Source: Lytechinus pictus (lineage: Eukaryota). Taken from it: a stretch of DNA of 64,000 bases. Positions 18,013 to 31,804 of this stretch are shown here, one piece after another; position 1 is the stretch's first letter; each line of letters starts with the position of its first letter. The notes below the pieces were generated by a model, which saw only the letters and a program-made list of their open reading frames with translations, ran no database searches and was not told the origin of the DNA. Location: the NCBI RefSeq assembly GCF_037042905.1, contig NC_087246.1, positions 61,256,001 through 61,320,000 on the forward strand, read 5' to 3'. Position numbers and translations under genes: made by a program.

Positions 18013-18963
18013 AAGCCTGGAGGCGTCTGGGGAGTGAAAGTAATATACTGTACGTATGGTCACTCCCCTAACGCCTGGCATTGTGATGTATAGACTCCTA
18101 CGTACCGAGGGAAAAGGCAACTATAAAAATGCGCCAAACTGCTAGTTATGTTTAGAATCTGAGGTCACGACTGCTGTACATTGGTAACAATATTGGTTGG
18201 CAACGTTTGGCAAAAAATGGATGGTAATGGTTACAAAATGACGAATAAATTATATGAAGTAATAAAAGTAGAAGAGAGTTTACTTACACTTGTTGACATC
18301 GCCATCTTTGATCCTTTGTTAAAGCAACCTAGTTACGTGACGCGTATAGAGGGCGGCAAAATCATGAGCGGTGCTAGATTAAAAAGTGCTAAAATGTCCT
18401 GCTTCAACTGAACTATAAATACGTGGAAGTCGTGTACACCCTAGCAAAACATCGCCGGCGAACTCGATAAGTCACGTGACCGCCGCCATTTTGCTAGGTC
18501 AATTGTTCGAGAACGCGCCGTAGAAGGCAAGATGCAATATGTTTTCTCTATGTATTTCTAGTTCAGTGGTTGAAGCGGGACATTTTAGCACTTTTTAATC
18601 TAGCACCGCTCATGATTTTGCCGCCCTCTATACGCGTCACGTAACTAGGTTGCATTAACAAAGGATCAAAGATGGCGATGTCAACAAGTGTAAGTAAACT
18701 CTCTTCTACTTTTATTACTTTATATAATTTATTCGTCATTTTGTAACCATTACCATCCATTTTTGCCAAACGTTGCCAACCAATATTGTTACCCATGTAC
18801 AGCAGTTGTGACCTCAGATTCTAAACATAACTAGCAGTTTGGCGCATTTTCATAGTTGCCTTTTCCCTCGGTACGTAGGAGTCTATACATCACAATGCCA
18901 GGCGTTAGGGGAGTGACCATACGTACAGTATATTACTTTCACTCCCCAGACGCCTCCAGGCTA
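18013..18963. mobile_element. Young ~950-bp palindromic non-autonomous DNA transposon (about 410-bp near-identical arms; Academ-like xAGCCTGG...CCAGGCTA ends)
   Basis: 18014-18427 is the near-perfect reverse complement of 18546-18962. Flanked by the direct repeat GGTCCGGG (18005-18012, 18964-18971). Superfamily assignment is tentative. Confidence 0.8.
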
Positions 18964-19421
18964 GGTCCGGGCTTAGACCCTCGCGCATGCAATGTTTTTA
19001 AATCGGCAGCGAATTATTTATACGTGTGAGGAACTCCATGTTGGCTCTAAATCACCAATTTTGAGACTAATCGGAGGATGGATATGGAGCGAAATTAGGA
19101 TGTAAAGTAAGAAATTAAGCTTTCATTCTTTTTTGATGCCGTTTCAACATATATTTTTCACAATAAATATGCATTTTTTCCCACCTTTGCCACTCGGAAT
19201 ATCCGAGCCAGTTCAGCACCTTGATGTTCGGGTAGGTGGAGCATAGTGCAGCGGTAGTGAAGTGGAGTGGAGCCTGCATGAACATCACTTGAGGTACAGG
19301 TAGTGTGAGAGTTGAGCTCCAACACGCGGGGCTTCCCTTGCCTTATTTTTCCGTTTCATCACTTTCGTATAGGCCCTATTCCACCAAACACTTTAATGAT
19401 GATAATAATAATTGCTTCTTA

Positions 19422-20288
19422 TTAAAGGTCAAGTCCACCCGAGATAAATGTTTATTTGAATCAATAGAGAAAAATCAGACAAACATAATGCTGAAAATTT
19501 CACCAAAATGTGATGTAAAATAAGAAAGTTATGACATTTCAAAGATTTGCTTATTTTTCACAAAACAGTCATATGTACATCCTGGTGGGTGTGAAAATGA
19601 GGAAACTGATGACGTCATCCACTCCCTATTTCTTTTGTATTTTGTTACATGTATATAAATATGAAATATTCTAATTTTCTCCTCATTGTCAGGTGAAACA
19701 ACGATTAATTCGTCCCTGAATATGTGGAATAAGCATTGTTTAATACTATATCAGGGCTCAACATTAGCAGTAGCCCGGTGGCCCGGGGCAACCAAAATAG
19801 AGAGTCTGGCCACCAAAATTTTGTATTAGCCTGCAATTGGTGGCCCAGTAAGGCTACCAAAGTTTTGATAAATTGTAATGTTTTCTATTGTTTTAGGGCC
19901 ACCAAATTTGCTTTTTGGGCCACCAAGAATATGAAATTGATGATTTTGGTGGACCAATCGGGCCACCAAGAAAAAAAGTTAGTTTGAAGCCTTGACTATA
20001 TGGTTCAGTCAAGTTGGTCCTTTGTCAAATCTGTAAAAAAATGAAATATTGTAGAATTCAAAAAAAAAAATAAATAAATAAATAGTGAGTGAGGGACATC
20101 ATCGTCTGTCTCATTTGCATGTCACTGAGTTGTGCATATCACCGTTTTGTGAAAAATAAGTGAAATTTTAAAATGTCATAACCTTCTTATTTCACATCCG
20201 ATTTTGATGAAATTTTCAGCGATATGCTAGTTTGATTTTTCTCTATTTATTCAAATCAAAATTTTTCTGGGGTGGACTTGACCTTTAA
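19422..20288. mobile_element. TTAA-flanked MITE with nested CAGGG-type TIR element (19752-19994)
   Basis: TTAAAGGTCAAGTCCACC ... GGTGGACTTGACCTTTAA. The nested element is flanked by an ACTATAT duplication. Confidence 0.75.
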
Positions 20289-22230
20289 TTTCGAATATGT
20301 TTTACAATGTGATATTGAAAATCATACAATATTGAATTAATATTTATTTCATATCACTCAGCTCTGTTGGAAATAATGAAAGACCACCGAATTCATCCTC
20401 ATGACAAATTAAAATCTAGTTTGTTTTGTTTTAGTATCCAAAGTAACCCTTTTAGTAAACTGAACACTTTTTTTGGGGGGGGGGGCAGGAAAAAAAAAAA
20501 AATATTACAGTTGCAAAAAATAAACAAAGAAAATATATTTATCAAGACGGCCAACCTGCAAGATCCACACTATGGTACATGTATGTGTGTGTATAACAAA
20601 TGTTTACATTGTGCATATTTGAGCGCAGCTATTGTTCCTTCACCAACCAACTAAGGAAGGTTATTGAGATGTTATTGTTAGGAAATTTAAGAACCCTAAT
20701 TTCAAAGACCAGGGCCAATATTCCTTCAAGATTCATTGATATATTTTCTGTACTTTTCTGCTTTATTAAAACCAACTTCTTGTCAGGGTGAACTTCCCCT
20801 TTAAGGTTTTATGATTATGGGCCCTGGGCTTTTGTTATTATTTATATATGTGAGTGTACTGATGAACTGATCATACCTTAAAAAAGGGGGAATTTTAGGG
20901 AACTCAAAGCTTGAAAGAACAGTGAAGGGTACTTTACTGATCAGTCAGCATTATGATTTAAAAATGATAAGAAATTACAGGTGAGTATACATGTAGTTTC
21001 AGGTTGCGAGGTAAGGGTCAAAGAAAATTTCATATCAGAGAACTTTGATAAGAAAATATTTTTGTTGATTATTTTGAAGAAAAGTATTCAGTCAAATTTG
21101 GATATCACAAATGTTATGATATTCATGAGCGAAAAACAAGTTTCTTTAATAATCAAGGTCAAAAGTCATGAGGTCAATCCTCAGGAAAGTACAGACATAC
21201 AATAACATGTACTCCCCCTGTAATTGTAAACCTGATACAGATCATTGTTTTTTAAATATTTTTGTACCCTGCCAGCGTCATGCATGGGAGATGTGATCTA
21301 GATGAATTGTAAACAAATTAGGTAGACTGTAGGATACACAAGGCTAATGGCCTGGAATGAAAATGGGATGGGAAACCTTGCATGTTTGAGGAATTACAAT
21401 ACAGTGGGCTGAAAGATCGACAGTAGAATGAGAAGATATTGTGTGCAGATAGGAAAATCAAATAAAAACCAATCAATCACAAATGTCTCAATCGATAGAG
21501 AGAGAACTATGTTTGTCAGTTCATTTATTCATCAATGAAGGATGAATTGCTAAAATGCACGTGACTAGTGGATATATTATGATGCAATGCTTTATCCTAA
21601 ATAGCATTACATGTACATGTGTATGATGTACATGTAGGGTTTCTTTTCTGTTGACTCGAATATGATTAACGAAATAAAGGCCAAGTCTACTCATATCCCA
21701 TGTATATTGATGTAAAATGTATTAAAACTGCTTATTACTAGGAGTTAAACATCAATCATAAAAGTAGAGAATTACATGTATTAACTTTTTTCACAAGCTA
21801 AAGTTTGTAGGAAAGAAAATTTTCCTATATACAGTGTCTATTACAATTTGTCATTGCTCAGAAAAAAAATGGATATTGGTAAATCTTATATACACTGTAG
21901 GCTTGTACATGTACATGTAAATTAAAATGTCAATTTACTGTTTTTAACAAATTGTTTGATAAGATTTCAAATCACATGATAATTGATCACTAGTCCAGAG
22001 TTGAAAGAAAAACCTGAATACAGAATGTTTTTATAGCCTCAGTTCGATGAGCAGCCAAAGAAATTTTCATCACCTTAAAATTATTCATGTTTTTACATAC
22101 ATGTGTGACAAAACCTATTTTCCACCTGGATAATACCGATTGTGCATCACAGGTGTAGACTAACATAACATTCAGTCATTCTGCTTTCTAACTTTTCTTG
22201 AACTCTATGAACTTTGTGTTGAAACAGTAT

Positions 22231-22686
22231 GACACCATTCTCACTACCTTCCTAAAACTAGTTTACTGGAAACTACATGTAGTTTAGTGGAAACTAGTTT
22301 AACGTGTAGTGAGAATGGTCGAAGCGATCTTCCAAACCGGATCAGAAAACCACCTCACGATGTAGTTTTCAAGATCGCTTTGCCTCGTTAAACTGGTTTA
22401 AGCATAAGTGAAGACACAATCGTTCTTCGGGAAGATCTTCGCACATTTTGAACGCGCTACTCCACATGACAGGTGTAGAATGCCTACGCTGCGGCTTAGA
22501 ACTTCACGCAAAACATGTCACCCCACTGAGAGTGTTTCCATAGCAACAAGATCGCTTTACGTGAAGTGATTTTGAAAACCACTTTCGTGGGATCAAGTGG
22601 GAACGCTAGCAAAGCGATCTTCCAAACTGGTTTCCTGAATCGGCTTCCAGTAAACTAGTTTTAGAAAGCGTAATGAGAATGGCCTC
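22231..22686. mobile_element. MITE, PIF/Harbinger-like
   Basis: CCATTCTCA...CTAAAACTAGTTTACTGGAA versus TTCCAGTAAACTAGTTTTAG...TGAGAATGG inverted ends. Confidence 0.6.
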
Positions 22687-25600
22687 TTTATAGTTCACAT
22701 GTTTTTATATGCTCATTGTAGGCTACTGAAGGTAGTTGAAAATATTCATGTGTTCCAGCGAACATTGTATGAGTACCATGCTATTTTTTGCATGAATTCA
22801 TTTGTATGAATCAGGCAATTTTTTTTTCAGGGTCTACTTTTCACAACATACTGCGTAAACATGCGACATTGGATAGCTTAAAGTTAACATTGGGATGATT
22901 TTTGATTATCAGGACTTTTTTTTAAAAATAGTTTCCAGGACTCTTTTGAGTATTTTGGGGGCTAAATAGACCCCAGCCCCTGTGTAATTCTTTTCCCTGA
23001 GTATGAAATTCATCTCAACAATCAATATATTTATTTACCAGTGTAAACAGTGGGTGGCATCATGAAACCATAATTAACGTAAACTCTTCAAAATAAACAG
23101 CTATTTCACAATTTCCAAAAGCACTAGCCTATTTCAATACAAACATTCAGTCATGTTATTCAGCATTTAAAAGATCAACATGAATTGTATATTTTTTTGT
23201 AAGGTTTTCCTTTCAATTAGTTATTAATTCATAATGAATAATGGACGTAGGCAGAGCACGTAGATTCGTACTCATTGTGAAAGGTGCATTGTGCATAAAC
23301 CTGATCTAAAGTGTACACATGTACCATGCCGTGTTTATGAAAAGGCAGTCAATGTGAGCATGGTTCAAGTGGAATAGGATGGGTGAGTGTTGATATTTCT
23401 TTAACTATCATCCCCTCTGGAAATTCTAATATGCTTCTTTTGTCAACACCAAGCAATGTTTGTTATTTTCCATTGGCATTCGTTTTATCATCCTAATGAG
23501 TCAGAAAAATGATCTTGTAATTTGGTTCCCAGACTCAACCACTGGTTTGTTGATTCAATGAAAATTCTATTGAGAATCGTAGGATGTGGAGATATGTAAA
23601 TTGTGTATTATTGTTGGCTGCAAGGAATATCATGGCTGTATTGTGGAACTTCACTGGAAATGCTGACATCATTGCAGTCATCATTTGCTTGTAACTAATG
23701 ACTATCTTCTGAGTGGAAAATGTACATGTAGACTAGAAATAGAATACTGTATCTTTGTAAAGGGGAGGTTCCCCCTGATATCGAGTTGGTTTATAATGAG
23801 AGAAATAGTTAAAGTTTGGATGAGAATCCATATGAACAGAGTTTAATAGGAATTTTGACATTTTGATTGTGACATCGCATGTTTATCAGTAGTTATGAGG
23901 ACTGAAAATATTATGTCTGAGAATATTAGTGAGAATATGTACATGAAAAATATTTTAGTATTCTCAGAAAAACTGCCTTTTTTAATTTACAGGTATAACA
24001 CATGACATGATGGAAGAGCTGTTTGTACATGTATGTGACATTAAAAAAATGAAAATTCTTCTGGCATATTCTTTGAGGGATTTTTTTTCCAAACCGTTTT
24101 TGTTTATTAATGCACAAAATTTATCACATTTTTTTATAGAATCCAAATTGATTTTAGGGTGAAAGGAAAAGATCAATATACTGTTCTTTGAGAGTTAATT
24201 TTTTTTGCTTTGTGGGAAGTTAGTTGTGGCATGCACAATTTATATCATGATTTACGTTAGTTATGACATGATAGTACCTACATGTATTGATATTTGGGAC
24301 ACTAGTTTTGTAATATCAGGTCTGGGGTCTGTTTCATAAAACTTGTTACAATAACAAATTTACAATAACAGTTAAAAGATACTGAAAGCCTTCAATTTGT
24401 TTGGCTGATATTAAATTGTTACTTATAGAAATCGTGCATGTGTTATTACTGGTATTATGAAACAAGGTTTATGAAACGAGGAGCTAGCATTGTCTCTCCG
24501 GCCACAACATAGTATGAGCCAACTTGTTTAAGTGCTTTCTCAAGGACTTTAGGTACTATTTTTATTTTTTACCTTATCTTGTAAGTTGTACAGTAGCTCA
24601 CCAACTTATATGTTTCAAGGAATTAAATTACAATGTCAGGGAAAATTGGGTAGTATCTTCAGGTTCATCAGACCAGGGCCTTGTTACCAAGTACTTGTAA
24701 ACTTCATAGCAAGTTTACTTTCAGCATGGACCTACAATGTACATGCTTTCAGCCAATAAAATTGAATAATTTCAGTACTATTGCAAATTTGTTTATATAT
24801 TGTATTCTATGAAACAGACACCAGAACATGCAAAATATGTTGTTTACACCTTAAGTCAAACTCATTCAGATTTCTGTGATCCCAAAAGATTCCACTGTGT
24901 ATACAATTTTTTTTTCATTGATGAATGATGATATTAATATCATAACCCATATGTTCACTTTATGTTTGTGTGCCATTGGAAATGTGAAACGTGAAGCTAG
25001 GAGATGTCCACATTTTGTGCTAAGTACTATGTAAAATGTGCCTACCTATTTTGGTTCCTAAAGTACTTTATTCACCATTATGAATTTTTTTGTGTCAGTA
25101 ATAGTATTTGTACTTTGGGTGAACTAGAGATTCATTTTTTAGTAAAGTCAGCAATAGGAAACGATTGAGGAAGGAAAAAAGGGATAAAACAAGGCTACAC
25201 ATGTAATTTGATGACTTCTGGTAGAGTCATTATTTTGAGCTATATATAGTCTTTCATACCAACAATATTTGAAAAACATTTTTTGATACAATGAAGTTTT
25301 AAAAGACATTTCAAAAGAATTAAGTGACCAAATAAGAATTGATAGGTTTAGAGGTTTCCTATTGAACTCAATTGCTGAATGATTTCTTTATTAGAAAATT
25401 TATTACAGTATCAGAACAGACAAAGGTGAGGGTGCAGCTGAGGACAATTTTACTATTAAAAGAATACAAATTAACCCCAGTATTAGTTGCCTAATAGCCT
25501 GTAAATTCTCATTGGGTCCAATGTAAATAAATTGTGAAATATAATTAAAAGGAGCAGGAAAATTAATAACCCTCATATATATTGTCCCTGTGGAATCAGA

Positions 25601-27199
25601 CTATGATGAATGTAATTATGGTCTCCTTGTCAATTTCTATGGACTGTGCATTTGCATATTTACATGTTTCTTCTTTGCATTACGTAGTAATATATAAAAC
25701 TGGTCCAACACAATGTTATTCCCTTCCCAATTAAATAGACATTGCAAGGACAGGACCACTTCAATGTCTGTCTTCTTGATTGTTTGGCTTTTGTTCCCGG
25801 GTTTTTTTTTTCAGTGCCATCACATGCCCTTGTGGGAGTCTGAAGAAATATTGATATAAATGAATAGAAAATCAACTGGAAAAACCAAATACATTTGTTC
25901 TATGTACATCTAGTCACGTTCATAATTTGGAAGGGTAGTAGCACTCCATGATATTTAGCTGCAATTTTTTCCACTTGTGTTTTTTCTGCGATTTTGTGTA
26001 TTTTCACAAGTGTTTTTTACTACAATTTATTGTTTTCACAATGTTTTTTTTTTTTTGCTGCCACATGTGTATTTTGTGTTTTCACAAGCGTTTTTTGCTG
26101 CGATTGTGTGTTTCCACAAGTGATTTTTTGTTTAAGGTACATGTACATCATACTACATGTAAGAACCCCATTGGAAATACATGAATCCATCTGTAGCTTT
26201 TATAGGCTCCCCTGTCACACAGGTACATGTACATACTTTGATATTAAAGCCATATTTAAAGTGCCATGTTATTCACACATTTTCATTGGATGCGAGTTTT
26301 GCTTATTTTGACAATGACATGCACAACACTCACTGTGCTATGTAAATAAGAGAGTCGATGATGTCACTCACTATTTCTTTCTACGAATTATACAATATTT
26401 GAAGAAAAGAATTAAATTTGCACAAATTTGACAATAAGGAGATTCTTCATCAAATCATCACAACAATTTATAATCCCACTTATTAAATGATGAATCAGTT
26501 TTGTTTATAACTTTATTAAAACATCATAATGAGGAAAAATAGATATTTCATATTTCATTCGACAAAAATAGAAAATAAATAGTGAGTGGGTGCCTGGAAT
26601 GGGTGACGTCAATCGGTTCCCTCTGCATCAACCATATGTGAAAATAAGCAAAATTTCAAAGTATCATTACTTTATGGGTCTCATCCCCAGCAAGTCGGCA
26701 AGCCCCCGAATTTCGCTGGTTAGACGCTGCAGCCGCTTTTGCTGCTTTCTGTCGGTCTAATTTGCTGGTGTTATTCCTCATGCAATTTTGATGAAATTTT
26801 CAGCATTACTGTATGTTTAAATCTACTCTTTGTTGGTTCTGACATGCCCTTTGAATTGAATGCTCAAAGCCTCTCAGGAAATTAAAGTACATGTTCATGT
26901 AATTTTGAACAATTATCTCAACACAGCAGCAAGTGTAACATCTCTGAATAGAAGACAGTGATGAATTCTTCTTTCCATCTGTCTGCCTCATCATAATTCC
27001 ATACATCTAATACAGTGGCATAGTGGCCATACCTTGTAACCATCTTCCCATTGCTGGGTCAGTCCCCTTCTCCTTACATGTAGTATTGTAGGCTATGTAG
27101 AATACAATTTTTTTTATGTATCCACTAGGTCTAATACCAGTTGGTCTGATTTTCAGATAATTTCACATTGATCACAGAAGCTACCCACTTGATCACAGA

Positions 27200-27856
27200 A
27201 AATACCCAGTATTTTCTGATTGGAAATTATACCCAGATCAGAATATACCCAGTATTTTCTAATTGGAAATTATACCCAGATCAGAATATTCCCAGTATTT
27301 TCTGATTGGAAATTATACCCAGATCAGAATATTCCCAGTATTTTCTGATTGGAAATTATACCCAGATCAGAAAATATCCAGTATTTTCTAATTGGAAATT
27401 ATACCCAGATCAGAATAAACCCAGTATTTTCTAATTGGAAATTATACCCAGATCAGAAAATATCCAGTATTTTCTGAGTTGAAATCATACCCAGATCAGA
27501 AAATATCCGGTATTTTTTTATTGGAAATTATACCCAGATCAGAAAATACTGGGTATTTTCTGTGATCAAGTGGGTAGCTTCTGTGATCAATGTGAAATTA
27601 TCTGAAAATCAGACCAACTGGTATTAGACTATCAGAATATTCCCAGTATTTTCTTATTGGAAATTATACCCAGATCAGAATATTCCCAGTATTTTCTGAT
27701 TGGAAATTATACCCAGATCAGAAAATATCCAGTATTTTCTGATTGGAAATCATACCCAGATCAGAAAATATCTGGTATTTTTTTATTGGAAATTATACCC
27801 AGATCAGAAAATACCCAGTATTTTCTGATTGGAAATTATACCCAGATCAGAAATAC
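27200..27856. repeat. 43-bp minisatellite (about 13 units) interrupted by an inverted duplication
   Basis: Unit CCAGTATTTTCTGATTGGAAATTATACCCAGATCAGAATATTC with exact 43-bp periodicity (27206, 27249, 27292 ... 27507; 27643 ... 27815). Confidence 0.92.
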
Positions 27857-29006
27857 CTGGTGTTTTGTCAGCTTACTAATAAACTAAATAAATAAACTAA
27901 ATTTATTGTTGTATATCTGAAATAATTGTGTGTTACATGTAAATTAGTAGAAATTTTTCAAAATTGTAAGTTGTAATGTAACAACTTTGCATAACACTGT
28001 AGGAAGAACGTGAACAAAATTACATTTACCAGACTACCCAAGGGTGAAAAAAATGAACATAAAGATACAAATCTGTTTTAACTTGCAAAGAATTTTGGAA
28101 GGGTTACATCAACATGTCTCCACAATAAAAATATCTTGACAAAAATGATTTATGCAAAATTTGTATATATCTTTAGAGTGGCAATTAGAAGCTCAAATAT
28201 GGAACCATCAAAGCGTAAAGGTCTTTGTTCTAAGATAGGCACACCCCCCCACCCCCATCTCCATTTGCCCCGACTGCAACCCTGAGCACCAATATTGAAA
28301 TAGCTGTATTAGTCATTAGTTCTGCCTTAGTTCAACCACCTATACAGGTGTAAATATAATACAGTCTGTGATCATAGATCATGTGGCAGAGGGGCGTACA
28401 GTACTTGCTTGGGAATCAAATAACATAAAAACATAATTGTTGGTGAAGCAGATGCTTTTCTCTTCAGGCTGGCATATTACTGACCTACTAGTGGATTTTT
28501 TGGAAGGGGGCTGCAGCCAGCCAGCCACCTGTAAAAATTTCACCAAAGTATCTATATCTTTACATCATAGTTTTCATTGGATTTCCCTTAGAATTACAAG
28601 ATGACTGTCATTGTATTCTTTTATTTATTTATTCATTATCTTTGACAAAAATTCCATAATTTATTTTAGCTGCTCACTTTGCTGGCTTTCCAATTTAAAA
28701 AAAAGTTTTTTTTTAATCTGAATTCAACCACATCCAGATTTAGCCACATTATGACCTTGCATCAAAGTCCATGATTTGGACATCCCTGTTACAAATTAGA
28801 CCGACTCTTGTGATATGAATAACCCTCTTTCAATTATCCATTGTAGAGGAAAAGATTTTGGACTTTGTTTCTCTTTTCTCCATTAGCACTTTAATATCTA
28901 GGAATGGAATTCCAGATCTTTCTTTCATCTTGCCCTCTTTGTTTCATTCTTATATACCACAGAGCTATGTGAAGTGTCAAAGGTCCCTGAGTCACCAGAC
29001 ATCAAG

Positions 29007-29702
29007 ATGTCAGACAGTGACGGAGACGTTGTGGTTGCCGAGGAGGCAACCCCTGAGAGCCTTGTTGATCAATCCAATTCTCATCACTCAAACAACCCCA
29101 ATACCAGTACTACCCAATCCTGCCAGTCCATTCAAGAAAATGGCGCCCTCTCAGTTGAGAGAACAGACAATCAGGGTTCCTCTTCAGCTGCTGCTGATGT
29201 CACATCAATCAGTCACAGTGCTGAAGTCAATAAACAAAGTACTACTCACGTGTCTACAGGGACAGTTAGGAATATCCATGACTCAAATGGTGATGGTACC
29301 CTAGCGCAGGGAGCTGGATCTTCTCCTTGTCAAAGCAGTACCATCAGTTCTACACCTTGTGCAACCATCTGTGCCGAAAACAGTACCGCACCTTCTGCAG
29401 GGTTAGTCGCTTCTGCAGCAGGGAGACCTTATAGTACTTCTACACCTCTGGCAGCTGGAGGCCAGAGGTATCCGAGCCAGCTCACAAGGAATTATAATCA
29501 GGATAGGGAACATTTTGAACGAGAAGAAGAGGAGGAGAATTGGGAGGAGGTTGCTGAAGGGATGGGTAACGTTGCAGGATCCATCCTGGGCTACTCGCCT
29601 CTGGTCTTTGAAAACAATGAGGAAGGAGGGGATGAACAATTAGATGAACTCTATGTGCCTATCAGTGGATACGAGGTCATGGAACAAAGGGCGAAGTTCA
29701 CT
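29007..29702 (+). CDS. SNX16: Sorting nexin 16, first identified coding exon (acceptor at 28962/28963)
   Basis: Ser/Thr-rich N-terminus ending in PISGYEVMEQRAKFT, which matches the SNX16 PX start GYEVMEERAKFT. Donor ACT|GTGAGT. Confidence 0.88.
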
Positions 29703-30405
29703 GTGAGTATTAAATTCAATTTATGCAGAGACATCAGTAGGAACTCCTACTTTTTCCCAAATAATTTTGGCCATTAAAAACATATTTTTATGTATTTACA
29801 TGTATATACCCGGTATGTACACACATATGCCAAGCCCACTTTCATAGCAGTCTGTAGTGATGTCTCAGAATTTCAATTTCTTGCTGTGTTATAATGTATG
29901 ACTAGATTCATTTACATGCGCCCCCCCCCCCATCTACCGGTATACAGTATCTCCCCTTCCATTCTTTCTATTCTCGCTCTCTATCCCTCTCTCCCTGATC
30001 TTGTATCCCTGTTGTGAAGTGAAGCATTGTATTTCCATCTGCCTCCTATTAGTATGGTGATTGAAGGGAAATGGACTATCCATTCCTCTTCCCCCCCCCC
30101 CCCCCCATGTCTCTTAATTCTCAATTGCTATAGCAGGCAGGGGGATATGTTAGTCTAAGCATCTACTTGACCAAAGGTTCACAAGACTGAATGTGTGTGA
30201 GTCTGATTATTGCCAATTCCTATCACTTTTTTTGCTCTTGAAAACTTCCAAGATATGTTAGCTTTCTAAAGATTGAAAATACTATAGTAAAGTGTGCTGC
30301 ACTCTTGAATTGGAAGGACAGACATGGTCTTTATCGTCTCTTAAATCCTCAGTTAACTTTGCAACGACCATTTAAGTTAGAGCCAGAGTAAATTATAGGC
30401 CCAAT

Positions 30406-31090
30406 CAGGGGCGGATCCAGCTTTTGCCAAGAGAGAGGCCAAAAATATTTTTTAGCCATATTTTCCCTGATCGGCCACCCGAAGTTGATTTTTGTTTGTT
30501 CCTTTGAAGGGGTAGTCCTTTCAGTCACTTGACTCACTTCTTAGTTCTATTCTTTTGAAATGATATGTAATAATCTCGTAAGCCCTGAAAATTGAACAGT
30601 CTGGGCAATGTTTGTGATCCTGAACAAGATGCGTTTGTAACTTGATAACTACTGCGAGCATGAGCAGAAATTTTGATAAATACATTCTGACCCGATCGAA
30701 AAGTGACCTGTAAAAACTTTTGGTTCAAACTACTTGATCAGTTTTCAACCAATTCTCATGAAATTTGGCTCACAAATTGATCTTGAGGTAATGATGTACA
30801 GGACATATTTTTGCATGTGTACATTAGGATATTGTGTTGCTTTGGCAACAATACATCAAATGTCAAAAATTAGAACAAAATCTTTTGGTTCAAACTACTT
30901 CATTAGTTTGTAACCAATTCTCATGATATGTACATGTAGGTCTTGGGGTAAAGATGGGCAAGATATATTTTTTCCATGTGTTGGAAACTGTTGCCATGGT
31001 AATGGCATAGGGCGAGGTAATCACCTTCAGTGATAGTTCTAGTTTTTCCTCCGGGGGGGGGGGGGGCAGGCCCTTCTGGATCCGCCCATG
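30406..31090. mobile_element. hAT-like MITE containing a fragment of another repeat
   Basis: CAGGGGCGGATCCAG ... CTGGATCCGCCCATG TIRs with 8-bp TSD ggcccaat/ggtccaat. Confidence 0.75.
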
Positions 31091-31804
31091 GGTCCAATAT
31101 AACTTGACTTTGTACAGAATTCAAACTCCTTGGATTTTTTATGTACCAAAATAGACTTTAGATAAAAGCAGATGTACGTGGATTACAATAATGCTTGATT
31201 GAAATTAATCAGCTTGTACCTTATGCGGGCAAATTTTTCAGGAAATAAATGCAGGTACATTGTACCTTGGGTATGTACATTTCTTGTTTTAAATCATAAT
31301 GTGCAAGACCTGTTATAAATGTATGTACATAATCTTTTCTTGCAATATTAGAAAGTTCTGCACACATTGCAAAGTAAATGCAATTTTAACTGAGAAATAG
31401 CCTACATGTACTGTATGTGTATAAATACAGAGCATTGTTCAAAACAGTAACCTGCTTTTTGCATTACCGCTGTAATCATGGAGTCACCATGTGTGTTTTT
31501 ATTATTAGGAGACTGTACATAGCCTGCTTTGAACTTGAAGTTCTTGAACTGAAGTGTTTTCAAAGAACAAAGAAATCTCTCATTATCAATTCTACATGTA
31601 CATGTATATATTTGTACAGAACAATCACCATCAAACACAGCATCAGACATTGACAAACAATAGCAGATTTGAGCTGTCCTAATCAAATATAGTTACTGCA
31701 ATCTTTGTTTTTATGAACCATCAGATTGCCTGTAAAGAGGTCATTTTATTTGAATTCTTATCTCCTGAAGTACCTTTGTACATGTACCATTGACCAAATT
31801 TATA

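Larger units (their letters stand above)
5550..19296. mobile_element. Older foldback/MITE element split by the Gypsy insertion and by a second palindromic element
   Basis: 5550-5722 plus 17961-18008 is an imperfect inverted copy of 18976-19296 (TACCTCAA...GCAGGCTCCACTCCACTTC...GAAACGGCAT). TA at both outer ends. Central palindrome GCATGCGCGAGGGTC/GACCCTCGCGCATGC. Confidence 0.7.

Noticed and set aside
18181-18796. Pair of near-identical 76/77-aa ORFs on opposite strands
   Set aside because: They are the two arms of the palindromic element, start at non-ATG or chance codons, and match no domain.
27200-27856. Regularly spaced repeats resembling a CRISPR array
   Set aside because: Units are contiguous 43-mers without unique spacers, there are no cas genes, and the context is eukaryotic intronic or intergenic DNA.
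29703-29777. C-terminal part of the 267-aa ORF 28974-29777
   Set aside because: It runs past the GTGAGT donor into the intron; SNX16 homology continues at 40856.
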